A stretch of 63,886 nucleotides of DNA, counting the filler, from Folioceros fuciformis (taxonomy: Eukaryota), in assembly GCA_049999805.1 (NCBI GenBank). It is 8 parts of 8 records of this genome, joined end to end, with 100 filler letters (N's around TTAATTAATTAA, not from the genome) between each part and the next. Parts side by side here need not be neighbours in the genome. Positions count along the whole stretch, not along the records: positions 60,367 to 62,430 come from JBNGIO010004538.1; positions 62,531 to 63,886 come from JBNGIO010004628.1; 6 more parts are not named here. One strand, given 5' to 3'. The position numbers and the translations under genes are program-made. Below are positions 60,591 to 63,886 of the stretch, piece after piece (positions within the stretch are counted from its first letter, which is position 1; each line of letters begins with the position of its first letter). Below the pieces are notes generated by a model, which saw only the letters and a list, made by a program, of their open reading frames with translations, did no database searches and was not told the DNA's origin.

Positions 60591-60790
60591 GCTCTGATAC
60601 CATGGCAATATAGCAATTAGAGAGCATAGCGATTCTAGGATTAGTTCTTCATGTAGTTTATAATAATATAATAAAGATCAAAGTTTTCTTATTAGTATTT
60701 CTGCTTAAATAGTAGCTTGCGTGCCTAACCGTTTCACCCTTAACGATCGTGCCGTTTCGTCCGCGTTTACCTCACACTTATGCTTAAGCA
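60591..60790 (-). mobile_element. LTR retrotransposon 5' end (PBS plus putative short LTR)
   Basis: The tRNA-iMet PBS tggtatcagagc at 60602-60591 is adjacent to an LTR-end CA. The distal LTR boundary is approximate. Confidence 0.6.
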
Positions 60791-61180
60791 TGGTTATGGG
60801 TACTAAGTGTGCTTCTAACACCCTTTCTATTACTGTCTCATCAATTTTAGATTGCGTATATCCCTTTGTGGTAGATGATACTCACATTTTGGGATCTAGA
60901 GATTGCACAAGAGAAGCTTTTAAGGTTTTTTCCTCCGAGTTAGCTCACATCAGTTTAAAGTTGAAGGTCTTTAAGTACAAGGTTTGGTCTGCTTACGAGG
61001 GATTGGCTNNNNNNNNNNNNNNNNNNNNNNNNNNNNNNNNNNNNNNNNNNNNNNNNNNNNNNNNNNNNNNNNNNNNNNNNNNNNNNNNNNNNNNNNNNNN
61101 NNNNNNNNAGCGACTCTAATGGTGGGTAGACCTTTTCCCTTTCCGAACCATGACATCTTAGGTGCTATTGAAAGTTTTTA
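60791..61180 (+). mobile_element. CRE-like retrotransposon remnant (RT catalytic region and ORF terminus across a gap)
   Basis: VVDDTHILG...L.L...K.KVW is an RT motif. GRP....HDILGAIESF matches the terminus SRP....CDILGAIGSY at about 26300-26360. Confidence 0.6.
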
Positions 61181-61934
61181 GGTTTTGTAGCTATAGGAGC
61201 TAGCCCCTAGTGTTCAAGTCATGTTTTAGGTATCTGTCTCACCTTTTTAGAGGTAGATAGGTTTCCTATCATTTTTTTTCTAGAAATATATATATATATT
61301 TTTAAGATCTATATTCTTAAATGGAGTTGAAGTAAGCATTAGCAATACATATCTAGGTTATTTAGATTTTTTTGTTTTTGTTTTTTTGCTTTAAAAATTT
61401 TGGCTTTTAAAACCTAATCTATTAGATGTGTAGNNNNNNNNNNNNNNNNNNNNNNNNNNNNNNNNNNNNNNNNNNNNNNNNNNNNNNNNNNNNNNNNNNN
61501 NNNNNNNNNNNNNNNNNNNNNNNNNNNNNNNNNCTTATTCTAAAAATAATATCGTAATTTAAATTTATTTATTTTTATATCTACATGACAAGAGAATTCT
61601 TGTTATATGGAATAATGATACCAACAATAACATAATCAAGATTGTGGACAAATCTAAACTGGACAACCTTTTTTTTATGTGCCATTCTTGTTTTCAAAAC
61701 TTTTTGCACACAAATATGCTTCTTTGCTAGAAGTGAGGCAACTCTAGTTTGGATACCCTACACTCTCACACAAATGGTTGCAAGCATTGCTTGGAATTGC
61801 AAAAGCTGATCTCTAGATTTGTTTGTTGCAATCCCCACAAGTGAGCTTGGAGGTAGTCTTGCAATTGAGTGTGTTCCCAAGGTAATGAAATGATTGTGGA
61901 GAATTATGGGAATTGGTCTTTGCAACTTTTGCAA

Positions 61935-62110
61935 TGGAGAACGCCGGAGTTGGTGTTTGGAGCTTGTTTGTGAAGAATGTGGGAGTTGGTGTTTAGAGCT
62001 TGTTTGTGAAGAATGTGGGAGTTGGTGTTTAGAGCTTGTGTTTGGAGAATGCAAGAGTTGGTGTTTGAATTTGTTTGTGGAGAATGCAGGAGTTGGTGTT
62101 TGGAGCTTGT
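61935..62110. repeat. 36-bp tandem repeat
   Basis: About 5 units of ggagttggtgtttagagcttgtttgtgaagaatgtg. Confidence 0.85.
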
Positions 62111-62530
62111 CCAGTTGATCAATGACCATCGTGATCGTGCTTACAACGCCGTTACAAATATGAGGATATAAGACAAAAGATGCCGAGGACATGTTCCTGT
62201 ACAAAACATGTAGAGAAGAAACCCAGATCACGATGTGGAGGGGCCAGGACACAACTTGAGGGGGAAGAATGCGGGTTCTTGTTATAATAGACATTACACA
62301 TGCGTGTGATGTAAGTTAGGTGCGCGCTCCGGTACATGGAGGTCTTGGTGATGCAGCAGCATTGGACTAGGTTCATTATGAGCAGTTAAGTAGGCAGGAG
62401 GTAGGAGACCCAAAGCCGGTGTTGGGGTAGNNNNNNNNNNNNNNNNNNNNNNNNNNNNNNNNNNNNNNNNNNNNTTAATTAATTAANNNNNNNNNNNNNN
62501 NNNNNNNNNNNNNNNNNNNNNNNNNNNNNN

Positions 62531-63886
62531 GCAACCGGGCTTTGGCTGGCGGAGTTGGCCAGGGGTAGATATGAAAGAGGCAGGCATCCCCGCAGCGGTG
62601 GAGGTAGGCCAGATGGGGGCAAGGCCGGTGCGGTGGCGTATGGTAGGTCGCCGGGGCAGTCTATGACAGGCCGGTGGCTAGCTGGTGGTCTAGCAGGCTG
62701 CTAAGGAGCCTAGCCAGTAGCCCAGCGTCCCAGACAGCCAACAACATCAGTTGCGCCAGGTAGCCAGGCTGGGTAGGCTGGCTGGCTGGCCAGATCCGGG
62801 AGGCACGCATGGGCAGCCAGCGTGCCGGTTGATGGTAGGTGATGGGCTGCTGAGGAGTCTCGACAACAGTGAACCTGGGCCGGCTGCAAGTAGGCAGGCG
62901 GGCCTGTGGATCTAGGCAGCCAGGCCGACTGGCTGGACCATGGCCAAGCGGCGGGCTGGCCGAATCGTCGACAGCAGCGGGAGCAGGCCGGCTGGCGGTG
63001 GGGTCTAGCAAGGGCGTTATGCTAGTTGGAGGCGGCAGCTAAAGAGCTTAGCCAGTAGCCGTCCCAGCCCGGCAGAAGGCAGGCAGCACTACGAGGGGAC
63101 AGACCCGACCAATAGTAGGCGGCCCAGCAGCGGGCTGCATGACCGGGTCCGGGAGGACAGGCGGATCCGGCATTGCCTAACAGCTGGTCCAGGCAGATAC
63201 TGGCCGGCGACCCAACAGCCTAGAGGCTGTAGGAATCCACGCTAGGCGGGGTCTGGTGATCCAGGCCTGCTAGCAGCCGGATCGATCGGCAGAGGCAGAT
63301 CTGAACTAGGCAGCCCAGAGGCGGCGCTGGAGGCTGGCTGGTAAGGTTGGCAGGTGAGGCTCAGGTCAGGCGGCCGCTGGCCGGCTACAGGGGCAGATCA
63401 AGATGCAGCAGGTTGGGCTGGATCCGGATCCGGAAGCCAAGCAGCAACCTGGCTGCAGGGCCCAAGCAAGCTGGCGGCCTGCCGGATTCAGGCTGGCTGG
63501 GCAGGTGGCCTGGCCATGGCGGCTGGTCGCAGCTGGGCCGGACAGCCTAAGGCGGCGCTGGATCGTAGCCAGACGGGCCTCTGGCTGATCCAAATCCTGC
63601 TGGCCAGGAGGGGGGCCAGGTATGCGAGAAGGATGGTAGAGGGGCTGTTGGCTGGTGATGGCCGGCTGAGGAGCTTAGCCAAGCAGCCCAGCCCGCGCCG
63701 GTGGCAAGCAGGCTGCCGGGATCGGATCCCGGCTAGGATCTCTGCTGGGCCACGGGACCGGCTGGCCACAGGCACAAGGGGCAGCCTGATAGCAGCAACC
63801 AGGCAACGCAGGGTTCAGACAGTCATGGCTGGCTATCCTGGATCGCGTCCATCAGGACAACTGGCTAGGGGCTCTAGATGGCCGGG
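62531..63886. repeat. GC-rich degenerate low-complexity repeat, unclassified
   Basis: Dense ggctgg/ggcc/cagcc/gatcc words with no credible ORF. Confidence 0.5.

Overview
Land-plant nuclear genomic DNA, most likely a hornwort. This is an inference from the DRH-type and WW-type PLS-PPR proteins, introns of about 80-120 bp and tight gene packing. Seven N-TTAATTAATTAA-N spacers split the window into eight artificially joined pieces, so adjacency across them is not evidence of linkage. Piece 1 (1-25469) holds two paralogous PHD + 2xMBD chromatin-reader genes that share a GC-AG intron. It also holds a secreted Pro-rich protein with seven Cys-bracketed LysM repeats, two PLS-PPR RNA-editing factors (one WW-type truncated after the PG box, one complete DYW:KP/DRH-type candidate U-to-C editor) and an intronless TAF13. 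Piece 2 holds a CRE-like non-LTR retrotransposon remnant and UDP-sugar pyrophosphorylase. One unusually long USP intron hides a C/D box snoRNA cluster with guides complementary to 25S rRNA. The rest is mostly decayed Ty1/copia elements, a PRLI-interacting-factor-A-like (HEXIM-like) gene, more CRE remnants and many minisatellites, several of which derive from the 3' coding end of the CRE element.
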